DNA from: a virus
Taxonomy: Duplodnaviria > Caudoviricetes
Length of the DNA: 64,000 nucleotides
Reading direction: 5' to 3' (one strand)
Virus record (IMG/VR): IMGVR_UViG_3300008740_000001
Span: 64,001 to 128,000 of that record
A program made the position numbers and the translations under genes. Positions 39,700 to 48,024 of this stretch are shown in pieces. Numbering within the stretch: position 1 is the stretch's first letter; each line of letters opens with the position of its first letter. The notes beneath the pieces were generated by a model. It ran no database searches, was not told the DNA's origin, and worked only from the letters and a program-made list of their open reading frames with translations.

Positions 39700-41676
39700 A
39701 TGGCAGATAACGATAAAAATCCAAGAAACAATCAAGCGGATCTGTTTAAGAGACTAACGAGGCTCTTCTCAGGCCCGATTATTAATCATAGAAGCCAGTC
39801 TGGTCGTCGTATCCGACGCCAGCATATGGATAAATATGCTGCACAGTTTAAGTCAGCTAGCGGTCAGCAGTTTAAGAAGAGCACATATAACCCCCTTGAA
39901 CGTATTTCACACGATGCTATCGCTAACCAGCGTAGAGCAGAACGCTATGTAGATTTCGATCAGATGGAGTATATGCCAGAGTTGGCTTCTGCTTTGGATA
40001 TCTACGCTGACGAAATGACAACCTCGTCCGACTTGTCTCCGATGATTAGGATCAACTGTCCTAATGAGGAGATCAAAGCAGTCTTAAGCACGCTGTATGT
40101 AAATATTTTAAATGTCGATTCCAACCTATTCGGCTGGTGCCGCACCATGTCAAAATACGGAGATTTTTTCTTGTATCTAGATCTGGACGAAAGCTTTGGA
40201 ATTCGGACTGTGTTGCCTTTGCCCCCACAGGAGGTCGAGAGACTAGAAGGTCTAGACGCCACAAATCCAAATTATGTTCAGTACCAGTGGAATTCCGCAG
40301 GTATGACATTTGAGAATTGGCAAATTTCACACTTTAGAGTACTCGGCAACGACAAGTATGCTCCTTATGGCACATCTATCCTTGAACCAGCCCGCCGGAT
40401 CTGGCGCCAGTTGACGCTTATCGAAGATGCCATGATGGCGTATCGAGTTATTCGCTCCCCCGAACGCAGAGTTTTCTATATCGATGTTGGCCAGATCGCC
40501 CCACAAGATGTGGAGCAATATATGCAAAAGATTATTACGCAGATGAAGCGCCATCAGGTACTTGACCCCGACACAGGCCGTGTTGATCTTCGCTATAACC
40601 CAATGTCCGTTGAAGAAGACTACTACATCCCTGTCCGTGGCCAACAGTCAAACACTCGGATTGAAAATCTCCAAGGTGGCCAGCACGCCACAGCGATTGA
40701 CGACGTTAAGTACTTGAGAGACAAACTGTTCTCCGCACTAAAGATTCCGCAATCGTACTTAACGATGGGCGAAGGCGCCGAGGAAGATAAGACCACCCTC
40801 GCACAAAAGGACATTCGATTTGCGAGAACGATCCAGCGCTTACAGAGAGTCGTAATCAGCGAATTGGAAAAGATTGGGATTGTGCACTTATACACTCTCG
40901 GATTCAGAGGTGACGATCTTCTGAGCTTTAAGCTTACTTTGAACAATCCTTCACGCATTGCTGAATTGCAAGAACTTGAACACTGGCGCACGAAATTTGA
41001 AGTTGCCGGCGCAGCCACCGAGGGGTTCTTTTCAAGACGCTGGGTGGCACAACACTTATTCTCAATGTCGGAGGAAGAATTCCTACGCAACCAGCGAGAA
41101 ATTTACTATGATAGAAAATACGATGCATCTCTGCAGGCTGTTGCTGAAAGTGCCGCCGCCGAAGCAGCAGGAATGGCCGGCGGCATGCCACCTGCAGGCG
41201 GCGAAGAAGGGGCCCCGCCGCTTGATCCCGGCGCTGAAGGAGAAGAGGGCATGCCAGAGCCCGGCGCCGAGGAAATGCCACCAGATGCCGGTGGAGAGGC
41301 CGCACCCGAGCCTGAAACTGGAGATCTCCTTGCGGCTCCACCCGGATCGCGACCTTCACCCAGAATACACGATGGTCCCCATGGCGGCAAGAAATACTAT
41401 CCCGTTAAGAGTGATAAGAGGGATATGGGCGCCCGCAACAGAAGTTTTAACAGGCTAGCCACCCCAGAATTTGGCACTTATAGAACCACTAATTTAGGCG
41501 CCCCAGAGCTTCGATCTTTATCAAAGGGAATTTTTGCTGAAGAAGGGTCTAATTATAGTGATAGCGAAATAATACAAGAGAAGCGCCTGTTTGAGATAAA
41601 CAATGAGATTAGAACATTGATCGAAAATCTAGAAAAGAATTCGGAGTTGACACAAAATGAAGATGAAACACAATAA
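39700..41676 (+). CDS. Portal protein (T4 gp20-like)
   Basis: KYGDFF, YGTSILEPARRIWRQL.L.EDAM..YR..R.PERRVFYIDVG, EEDYYIPVRG, DDVKYL..KLF.ALKIP; acidic Pro/Gly-rich tail. Confidence 0.95.
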   Translation: MADNDKNPRNNQADLFKRLTRLFSGPIINHRSQSGRRIRRQHMDKYAAQFKSASGQQFKKSTYNPLERISHDAIANQRRAERYVDFDQMEYMPELASALDIYADEMTTSSDLSPMIRINCPNEEIKAVLSTLYVNILNVDSNLFGWCRTMSKYGDFFLYLDLDESFGIRTVLPLPPQEVERLEGLDATNPNYVQYQWNSAGMTFENWQISHFRVLGNDKYAPYGTSILEPARRIWRQLTLIEDAMMAYRVIRSPERRVFYIDVGQIAPQDVEQYMQKIITQMKRHQVLDPDTGRVDLRYNPMSVEEDYYIPVRGQQSNTRIENLQGGQHATAIDDVKYLRDKLFSALKIPQSYLTMGEGAEEDKTTLAQKDIRFARTIQRLQRVVISELEKIGIVHLYTLGFRGDDLLSFKLTLNNPSRIAELQELEHWRTKFEVAGAATEGFFSRRWVAQHLFSMSEEEFLRNQREIYYDRKYDASLQAVAESAAAEAAGMAGGMPPAGGEEGAPPLDPGAEGEEGMPEPGAEEMPPDAGGEAAPEPETGDLLAAPPGSRPSPRIHDGPHGGKKYYPVKSDKRDMGARNRSFNRLATPEFGTYRTTNLGAPELRSLSKGIFAEEGSNYSDSEIIQEKRLFEINNEIRTLIENLEKNSELTQNEDETQ

Positions 41677-42478
41677 GAAACGCAACACAGCTATATTGTA
41701 TGAGGTCCTGACACAACAGCTTACTAAGGCAGTGATCGATAAAGATAAATCAAAAAAGCAGCGTATCGCCAGTGTGTTACGTTCGTTTTTCAGCACCGGC
41801 AAAATTATGAACCGTGAGTTGGAGCTATACAAAGCTTTATACGAGACTAGGGGTCTGGAAGAGGGCCTATGTATTCGGCTGGTTCAAGAAGTGGCCAAAG
41901 CTCACGCGGCACTTGATCAGAAAGAGATCTACAAAGAACAGTCAAAACTGATTGATGTGATTAATAAAGAAGTTTCGAAGTCAGCATTTCAGGCGTTTAT
42001 TCCAAATTATAAATGCCTAGCCAGTATTTCGCAAATGTTTAATCCTTCTGTGACAATCAAGAACAAGGTTTTATTAGAGAAGCAAATTGTAGACTATATG
42101 TCAGTGACCAAACTGGAAGACAAGAAAGATCTGGTGCCAATTGACAACATTGTTTATACTAAGTTTGTGGAGAAGTTTAATGACAAATACAGCGATCACT
42201 TGTTAGAAGAACAGAAGACGCTTCTTAGTAAATATATTTCTTCTTTTGCCGACAACGGTGTTGAGCTTAAGATCTATTTAAACGAGGAAATCGAAAGACT
42301 CAAGGAAGAGATGGCTTCCTGTATTACACTTAAAGAGTTCATCGACGATAGCCACATGCAAGAGAAGGCCAAAAAGGTTGTTGAGTTATTGGACTCCACA
42401 TCTACCCGGGCCGTCAACACGGCTTTAGTAGAAGACGTGGTGAAGATTCAGTCTTTGGTCAAGGAGATAAGGGACTGA
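41657..42478 (+). CDS. Hypothetical head-region protein (273 aa, helical)
   Basis: Overlaps portal end; KHNKKRNTAILYE N-terminus. Confidence 0.6.
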   Translation: MKMKHNKKRNTAILYEVLTQQLTKAVIDKDKSKKQRIASVLRSFFSTGKIMNRELELYKALYETRGLEEGLCIRLVQEVAKAHAALDQKEIYKEQSKLIDVINKEVSKSAFQAFIPNYKCLASISQMFNPSVTIKNKVLLEKQIVDYMSVTKLEDKKDLVPIDNIVYTKFVEKFNDKYSDHLLEEQKTLLSKYISSFADNGVELKIYLNEEIERLKEEMASCITLKEFIDDSHMQEKAKKVVELLDSTSTRAVNTALVEDVVKIQSLVKEIRD

Positions 42479-43020
42479 TGGGCATTAAAATCAAAATTGG
42501 CAAGTCTAAAGTAACTGAGCCGGTTACTAGAAAGTTTGAATTAAAGATTAGAAAGTCGCTGGATGGCAACTTGATGATTTTTGATCATGCCGATATTGAT
42601 ATTGTAATCATGCCTTCCAAGAAAAAGATTCTTACACTTCCAAAAGAGATCATGACTGATGCTGTCTATGGTGCTCAAAATAGATTGATGGCACACCTGA
42701 GAAGAAAGGGTGTTATCGATGTAGCTTCTGTACAGGGCGGGAACGTGTATGGCTCAATAGAAGCGATCATTGCTGAAAGCGTTGATGGTTTAGATTCAGT
42801 AAAGATGGTTTTGTTAAACATTGATAAATTTATCGATGAAGAGCGCCCCTACTTCGACTTTGTTAAGGGCTACGAAGATGAGGCCTCTGACGTGTACACT
42901 GACCCAGATGATCTGCACTCTACCGACCTAGGAGATGTGAGCCATCACGATACGAAGGGATCTATCCGCCCGGGCTGGGTAAGAGATCCATACGGCCTAT
43001 CCCAACTTTACAAAATCTAG
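42478..43020 (+). CDS. Hypothetical head-region protein (180 aa)
   Basis: TGATG coupling to previous gene. Confidence 0.6.
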   Translation: MGIKIKIGKSKVTEPVTRKFELKIRKSLDGNLMIFDHADIDIVIMPSKKKILTLPKEIMTDAVYGAQNRLMAHLRRKGVIDVASVQGGNVYGSIEAIIAESVDGLDSVKMVLLNIDKFIDEERPYFDFVKGYEDEASDVYTDPDDLHSTDLGDVSHHDTKGSIRPGWVRDPYGLSQLYKI

Positions 43021-43029
43021 AGGTGATGT

Positions 43030-43365
43030 TTGAGTATATTAGTGAATTTATTATGGTTTATCCTGTGTTCTTATGGGTTGACCCAGATACTTGTATACGG
43101 TTCTCTCTTTAACAGAATAAGACCCCGTAAGGAATGGCTTAAAGGCGCCGGCGAATTATTCCATTGTCCAATGTGCATGGGATTTTGGGTTGGTGCTTTT
43201 TTGTTTTGTATTTCTTCGCACACCGAACTATTTACATTTGAGCAGAATTTAGTAAACTTATTTATTTGTGGCTGGGTCTCTTCTGGCACATCATATATAA
43301 TGAATGTTTTGTTTTGCGACAACGGAATTCAACTAGGAGTTAACAATGGCAAAGACATGGACTAA
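43030..43365 (+). CDS. Small multi-TM membrane protein with CxxC (DUF1360-like)
   Basis: LFHCPMCMGFWVGAFL motif; three hydrophobic segments; start uncertain (TTG 43030 or GTG 43042). Confidence 0.6.
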   Translation: MSILVNLLWFILCSYGLTQILVYGSLFNRIRPRKEWLKGAGELFHCPMCMGFWVGAFLFCISSHTELFTFEQNLVNLFICGWVSSGTSYIMNVLFCDNGIQLGVNNGKDMD

Positions 43366-43411
43366 AAAGTGGCTACTTCAACCTGTTCGACGCTGCTGCA
43401 AGGGCTCTTAG
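43346..43411 (+). CDS. 21-aa micro-ORF MAKTWTKKWLLQPVRRCCKGS (not in ORF track), in frame with prohead protease
   Basis: SD AGGAG 43335-39, ATG 43346, TAG 43409-11; 99 nt (33 codons) upstream of protease ATG with no other stop in between. Confidence 0.6.
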   Translation: MAKTWTKKWLLQPVRRCCKGS

Positions 43412-43415
43412 CTCA

Positions 43416-43432
43416 CGCGGGTGGCGCCCGCG
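43416..43432 (+). promoter_or_regulatory. GC-rich RNA hairpin 4 nt after the micro-ORF UAG
   Basis: CGCGGG-TGGCG-CCCGCG: six G-C pairs, no U-tract. Confidence 0.6.
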
Positions 43433-43444
43433 AAGGTATTAATT

Positions 43445-44044
43445 ATGAAGAAAGTGCTTTTACGAGAATATTATGAACTATGCGAAGGTGGCGTTTGCCA
43501 AGATCTCTTAACTGAAGAGGAAAAGAGGTATGTGGCAAACGGAGGCATGATTTTGTCTGGCGTTATGCAGAGATCTGACGCCCAAAATGGAAATGGCAGA
43601 ATTTATCCTCACAAGACCCTCCAGCGAGAAGTCGAAAATTACAATAAGCTTGTGCGAGAGTCCCGAGCCTTGGGTGAATTAGACCACCCTGAAGATTCCG
43701 TCATCAATCTTAAGAACGCTTCACACTTAGTCACTGACATCTGGTGGGACAATAAGGATGTGATGGGCAAAGTAAAAGTATTGAACACTCCGGCCGGTAA
43801 GGTTCTGCAAGAACTGGTTAACAGCGGAGTAAAGCTTGGGATATCCTCCAGAGGCCTAGGTTCAGTTTCCGAGTCCACCGGCGGCACAATTGTTGAAGAT
43901 GATTTTCAGTTGATTTGTTTTGATTTCGTCTCTGAGCCCTCAACCACAGGTGCTTTCATGGTGAAGGAGAACAAAGAGCCAAATATTTTCACCAAGGCCG
44001 ATAAGATAAATCGAATTTTAAATGATATTTTGAGAGACAAATGA
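43445..44044 (+). CDS. Prohead core protease (T4 gp21-like)
   Basis: NGNGRIYP, ALGELDHP, NASHLV, GISSRGLGS, FDFVSEPST motifs; ATG 43445 preceded by AAGG. Confidence 0.92.
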   Translation: MKKVLLREYYELCEGGVCQDLLTEEEKRYVANGGMILSGVMQRSDAQNGNGRIYPHKTLQREVENYNKLVRESRALGELDHPEDSVINLKNASHLVTDIWWDNKDVMGKVKVLNTPAGKVLQELVNSGVKLGISSRGLGSVSESTGGTIVEDDFQLICFDFVSEPSTTGAFMVKENKEPNIFTKADKINRILNDILRDK

Positions 44045-44484
44045 AAAAAGAAGAATTAAAGGCAGCCCTAAAACCGCTAATCAAAGAGTGCATCAAGGAG
44101 GTGATGTTTGAAGACGATGTGTTGTCTTCCGTGATTAAGGAAGTCATTAAAGGCACGTCTTCTGCACAAGTGGTAACAGAGGTAAAGACGGAACAAAAGC
44201 CTGCACCGGCGCCCGAGAGGTTCGGTGCAGGCCGTCCCGATCCTGCAAAAGCTCTAGCAGAGAGAAAGAGTAAACTTCTTGGAGCAATCGGCTCGGAAGC
44301 GTTCAATGGGATTGATATTTTTGAAGGTACCGCCCCACTGAGCAAAGGAGCAGAAAGTTCAGATGGCCCACATATCCCAAGCGTGCTGGGGGACGATCCT
44401 GCAGACTCGGGAGTCGATATCACCGGACTGTTCTCTTCTGCTGGCCATACTTGGAAAACAATATCTAGTGGGATGAAGAAGTAA
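44041..44484 (+). CDS. Hypothetical protein (147 aa)
   Basis: ATGA overlap with protease; N-terminus MKKEELKAALKPLIKECIKEV. Confidence 0.6.
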   Translation: MKKEELKAALKPLIKECIKEVMFEDDVLSSVIKEVIKGTSSAQVVTEVKTEQKPAPAPERFGAGRPDPAKALAERKSKLLGAIGSEAFNGIDIFEGTAPLSKGAESSDGPHIPSVLGDDPADSGVDITGLFSSAGHTWKTISSGMKK

Positions 44485-44724
44485 ATGGCAGCAGTAAACG
44501 TATCGGTAAGGGCCCGTGGTAGAGAACCGGCCGAAAAATTAATTCGACGGTTTATTAGAAAGTGTAAGAAAGAGAAAATTGTTGAGAGATATCGAGAGCG
44601 ACACGATCACTACGTCAAGCCCTCGGAAAAGAGAAGAATAAAGAGGAGAAAAGCGAAACGTCTTCGTGAATTAGACGAGCTTAAACGCTCAAAAATCAGG
44701 AAGCGTTCTAAATACAATAGGTAA
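44485..44724 (+). CDS. rpsU: Ribosomal protein bS21 (phage-encoded)
   Basis: V.VR...EPAEKLIRRF.RKCKKE.I....RER..YVKPSEKRR.KRRKA: bS21 signature; basic 79 aa. Confidence 0.85.
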   Translation: MAAVNVSVRARGREPAEKLIRRFIRKCKKEKIVERYRERHDHYVKPSEKRRIKRRKAKRLRELDELKRSKIRKRSKYNR

Positions 44725-44759
44725 ATGTTTGTAGATTTGGATTACTTCTAAATCGCAGA

Positions 44760-44768
44760 CTATTTATA
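44760..44768 (+). promoter_or_regulatory. CTATTTATA motif before fibre block
   Basis: Intergenic, 43 nt upstream of ATG 44803. Confidence 0.55.
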
Positions 44769-44802
44769 AAAAGCAACGTATTGCAATCGTAGGAGTTAGA
44801 AA

Positions 44803-45210
44803 ATGTCATATGATCAATCACAGCCATATACAGTAGGGCTGCACAATGTAGGTTCGTATCAGGTCTCGGCAGTACCGTATATAACGGGCTCGGCTACATT
44901 GGCTGCGAACAGCGAGCATAAACTTGAATTCCCAAATGTGACCAGATCTGTGACGGTCGTAAATCATAGTTCAGAGACCATCCGCATACACTTTGTCTCT
45001 AAAGACGAGGGAAACGTGATGGGCGGGTATCATTACGTCGAACTTGATAGCGACGAGGATTCGTACACATTCAATGTGAAGTGTAATGTAATTTATGTTT
45101 CAACACCTTCTGGTAACTCAGGAGCGGCGGAATATAGAGTAATCGCAGAGTTGACCAATATTGCCCGCCACCGCATGTATGCCCTGACCGGTTCAGGAAT
45201 TTCAGAATAA
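44803..45210 (+). CDS. Hypothetical virion protein (135 aa)
   Basis: SD AGGAG; CTATTTA motif at 44760; GLHNVGSYQVSAVPYITGS; first gene of fibre block. Confidence 0.6.
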   Translation: MSYDQSQPYTVGLHNVGSYQVSAVPYITGSATLAANSEHKLEFPNVTRSVTVVNHSSETIRIHFVSKDEGNVMGGYHYVELDSDEDSYTFNVKCNVIYVSTPSGNSGAAEYRVIAELTNIARHRMYALTGSGISE

Positions 45211-45222
45211 AGGAGAGTTAAA

Positions 45223-48006
45223 ATGGGTTTTGGAGGAGGCTTTAAGGGCGGCGAAGGAGATCTTGGTAGCGACCTTAAAATTAATGACGGTACCATAAAG
45301 ATTAAGGAGCAAGCTAGCGCCGAAAGCGATAGTACCGCGTATGGTCAAATTTGGGTAAAATCAAATGCCCCATGTGATTTATATTTCACGGATGATACGG
45401 GCCAAGATATTCGAATCACCAACGATGGTAGTCTTGCGGCTGCAGGTTCGGCATCTGCCGTCAAGGCCGACGATATTGAGGACGGAGACGCCGCCGTTAC
45501 CCTGCAGGCCGAGTCTGGCAATAATGTTACGGTCAATGCCACAGCCGCACAACTACAGTTAAAGACTACAACTTCCGGCGAACTAGATATTACATCAGCC
45601 GGCACACTTGATATTAACGCAGTCGCCGTAGATCTCGACGGATCCGGGGCTGTCACTATAGATACCAGCGACACTACAAATGGCGTCAAGATTGGCGCAT
45701 CAACGTCTGGCATGCCGATCACTCTCGGCCATGGTACTTCCGAAACCACGGTTGGAGACAATCTGGTAGTTACGGGAGATCTTAAACTCACCGGAAACGT
45801 TATTAAGGCGTCAGACGGCGGAAGCACTATTACATTAGATACTTCTGACAATGTTACGATTGCTGGTGATTTACAGATTGATGGGAACAACATCAAAGAT
45901 GCCGGCGGAAACCAAGGAATTACATTTGATGGAAGTGGACACACAACTATCGATGGAAACCTGACAGTAACCGGAAACGTCATTAAGGCTTCAGACGGCG
46001 GAAGCACCATTACAATGGACACGTCTGACAACGTTACAGTTGCGGGCACTCTTACCTGCTCGACAAGCCTAACTATCGGATCCGCAGCAATGAGCGAGGC
46101 AGATCTTGAACAGCTTGACGGTATCACTGCCGGCACTGCTGCTGCTAGCAAGGCCGTCGTATTAGACGGAAGCAAGAACATCGCTACCATCGGAACAGTT
46201 GGCTGTGGAGCTATCACTTCTACTGGCGCCTCATCTATGGGGAGTCTATCTGTTGCCGGCGCCCTCGATTGCGACACCAGCTTCACGCTTGATTCAGTAG
46301 CAATTAACGCAACAGAGCTTGGTTACATCGACGGCGTAACTGCTGGAACCGCCACTGCTTCCAAAGCTGTGGTTCTTGATTCCAACAAAGATATTGGCAC
46401 TATTCGAAACTTGACTATTGATGGGACGCTTTCAGACGGAAACTATACTTTCGATACAAGCGGGAATGTAAGTGGCCTCGGCACAGTCGGCTCAGGGGCT
46501 ATCACTTCTAGTGGCATAATCAAGACAGATGATACAACTGACGCGACTAGCAAGACTGATGGTTCACTTCAAACTGATGGTGGCTTAAGCGTTGCCAAGG
46601 CAATTTATAACGGAACAGCAGCTACGCTAGCCGCAGATTCCGGCGTTGTGACAATGGGCTCCACTACTGCAGCCACTGTTTCAGCCGCCGGCATCTTGAA
46701 TGTCAACAATACAACAGAAGCAACTTCGGCAACGGATGGTTCACTTCAAACTGATGGCGGACTTTCGGTTGTAAAGAGCGCCGTAATCGGAGACGACTTA
46801 GATCTCTTATCTGATGGCGCCATTCTTAACATCGGAAGTACTTCCAAGTTTACTGTAACAGATCAGGGCGCCAACAATTGCGTAATGGCCACTTCGGGTC
46901 ACAGACTAGCCTTTGGTCATGCTGATGAATATGTTAGCGGCGATGGCACCGATCTTACAATTAACAGTAGTGGAGAAATCAATCTTGACGCAACAACCGT
47001 GGATCTGAACGGGGCCCTCGATGTTTCAGGCGCCTCACAGTTTGGCAGCACCATTACGGTCGGAGTCGATGGCACTGGCTATGATGTGAAGTTCTTTGGA
47101 GCCACGTCCAGCGCGTACATGCTTTGGGACGAAGACGAAGACGATCTTGTCTTGGCCGGCGCAGCCCGGGCAGTTGTCCCAGATGGACAATTGGTTCTTG
47201 GTTCGACGGCAGTTTCTTCTACGGCCGCTGAGTTGAACAAGCTCGACGGTGCAGACAGTAACGTTACGGCAGCCAAGCTCAGTACGCTTTCTGCATTAAG
47301 CGATACAGAGATTGGTTACATCGATGGTTCGGGTACATCAGTTGTGGCCTCTAAAGCAGTTGTCGCAGATAGCAACAGAGATGTTGCCACGCTTCGAAAT
47401 CTTACCATTGATGGAACACTTTCAGATGGAAACTATACTTTTGATACCAGCGGTAACGTCAGTGGCCTAGGGACGGTTGGCTGCGGTGCTATCACTACAA
47501 CTGGTAACTTTACTGGTTCAGGCGCCCTAACTTCATTTGGTTCAGGCCTACACAGGATTACGGTCGATCAAGATATTCGTTACGCCGATACGGCTGACGC
47601 GTCAGTGGTGGTAGAACTATCCGGCGTTAAAATCCCAGCAAACGCAATTATTACGCGAGTCGTCGCAGTAGTAAAGACGATATCAAATCTGGGCTCAGCC
47701 GATTCAGGCGCCCACAAAGTAAACATCCAAATGTCCGCTACCAGTGGCACAAGTGCAGATGCAGCGATTTCCACTGGAACAGAACTTCTGGGCGGCGGTG
47801 TTTCCAACACAATTAGTAGTGACGGCGCCGCAGAGGATGTTGATATGACTTCGCTTGCTGATGTTTGGATGTGTAACGATATTGTCAAAAACGGAACTTC
47901 GGATCAGTATCTCTATATTTGCAACGGCGGCGACGTTGACAATGGAACCACCGACCCGTCTGCTGGCACCTTAACCGTTATTGTTGAATATTATGGTATG
48001 GACTAG
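45223..48006 (+). CDS. Fibre protein with internal repeats (927 aa)
   Basis: G/T/S/A/D-rich; repeated ASKAVVLD, GNVIKASDGGSTIT, DGSLQTDGGLSV, NLTIDGTLSDGNYTFD modules; SD AAGGAG. Confidence 0.7.
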   Translation: MGFGGGFKGGEGDLGSDLKINDGTIKIKEQASAESDSTAYGQIWVKSNAPCDLYFTDDTGQDIRITNDGSLAAAGSASAVKADDIEDGDAAVTLQAESGNNVTVNATAAQLQLKTTTSGELDITSAGTLDINAVAVDLDGSGAVTIDTSDTTNGVKIGASTSGMPITLGHGTSETTVGDNLVVTGDLKLTGNVIKASDGGSTITLDTSDNVTIAGDLQIDGNNIKDAGGNQGITFDGSGHTTIDGNLTVTGNVIKASDGGSTITMDTSDNVTVAGTLTCSTSLTIGSAAMSEADLEQLDGITAGTAAASKAVVLDGSKNIATIGTVGCGAITSTGASSMGSLSVAGALDCDTSFTLDSVAINATELGYIDGVTAGTATASKAVVLDSNKDIGTIRNLTIDGTLSDGNYTFDTSGNVSGLGTVGSGAITSSGIIKTDDTTDATSKTDGSLQTDGGLSVAKAIYNGTAATLAADSGVVTMGSTTAATVSAAGILNVNNTTEATSATDGSLQTDGGLSVVKSAVIGDDLDLLSDGAILNIGSTSKFTVTDQGANNCVMATSGHRLAFGHADEYVSGDGTDLTINSSGEINLDATTVDLNGALDVSGASQFGSTITVGVDGTGYDVKFFGATSSAYMLWDEDEDDLVLAGAARAVVPDGQLVLGSTAVSSTAAELNKLDGADSNVTAAKLSTLSALSDTEIGYIDGSGTSVVASKAVVADSNRDVATLRNLTIDGTLSDGNYTFDTSGNVSGLGTVGCGAITTTGNFTGSGALTSFGSGLHRITVDQDIRYADTADASVVVELSGVKIPANAIITRVVAVVKTISNLGSADSGAHKVNIQMSATSGTSADAAISTGTELLGGGVSNTISSDGAAEDVDMTSLADVWMCNDIVKNGTSDQYLYICNGGDVDNGTTDPSAGTLTVIVEYYGMD
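45790..46047 (+). repeat. Direct repeat pair 45790-45867 / 45970-46047
   Basis: 26 codons, 24 identical aa, 9 synonymous codon differences. Confidence 0.85.
46405..47496 (+). repeat. Direct repeat pair 46405-46506 / 47395-47496
   Basis: 34 codons, 33 identical aa, 16 synonymous codon differences. Confidence 0.85.
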
Positions 48007-48024
48007 GAACAAGGGGAGTGTTGA

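Noticed and set aside
38114-41676. Inteins or introns in terminase, portal or primase
   Set aside because: Lengths are ordinary, motifs are contiguous, and no C/S...HN splice junction or homing-endonuclease motif was seen.
43421-43444. ORF-track GTG start for the protease (MAPAKVLI)
   Set aside because: The GTG lies inside the hairpin with no SD; ATG 43445 has AAGG upstream. The stretch matters only as the in-frame spacer.
44482-44487. In-frame stop-start junctions TAA-ATG (44482) and TGA-ATG (36856) as readthrough fusions
   Set aside because: No downstream structure and both partners look like complete proteins; ordinary translational coupling.
45345-46286. 313-aa minus-strand ORF (also 57210-57893, 34370-34852, 51302-51844 and similar)
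   Set aside because: Antisense shadows of biased + strand genes; no SD, no recognisable motifs, and fully nested in well-supported genes.
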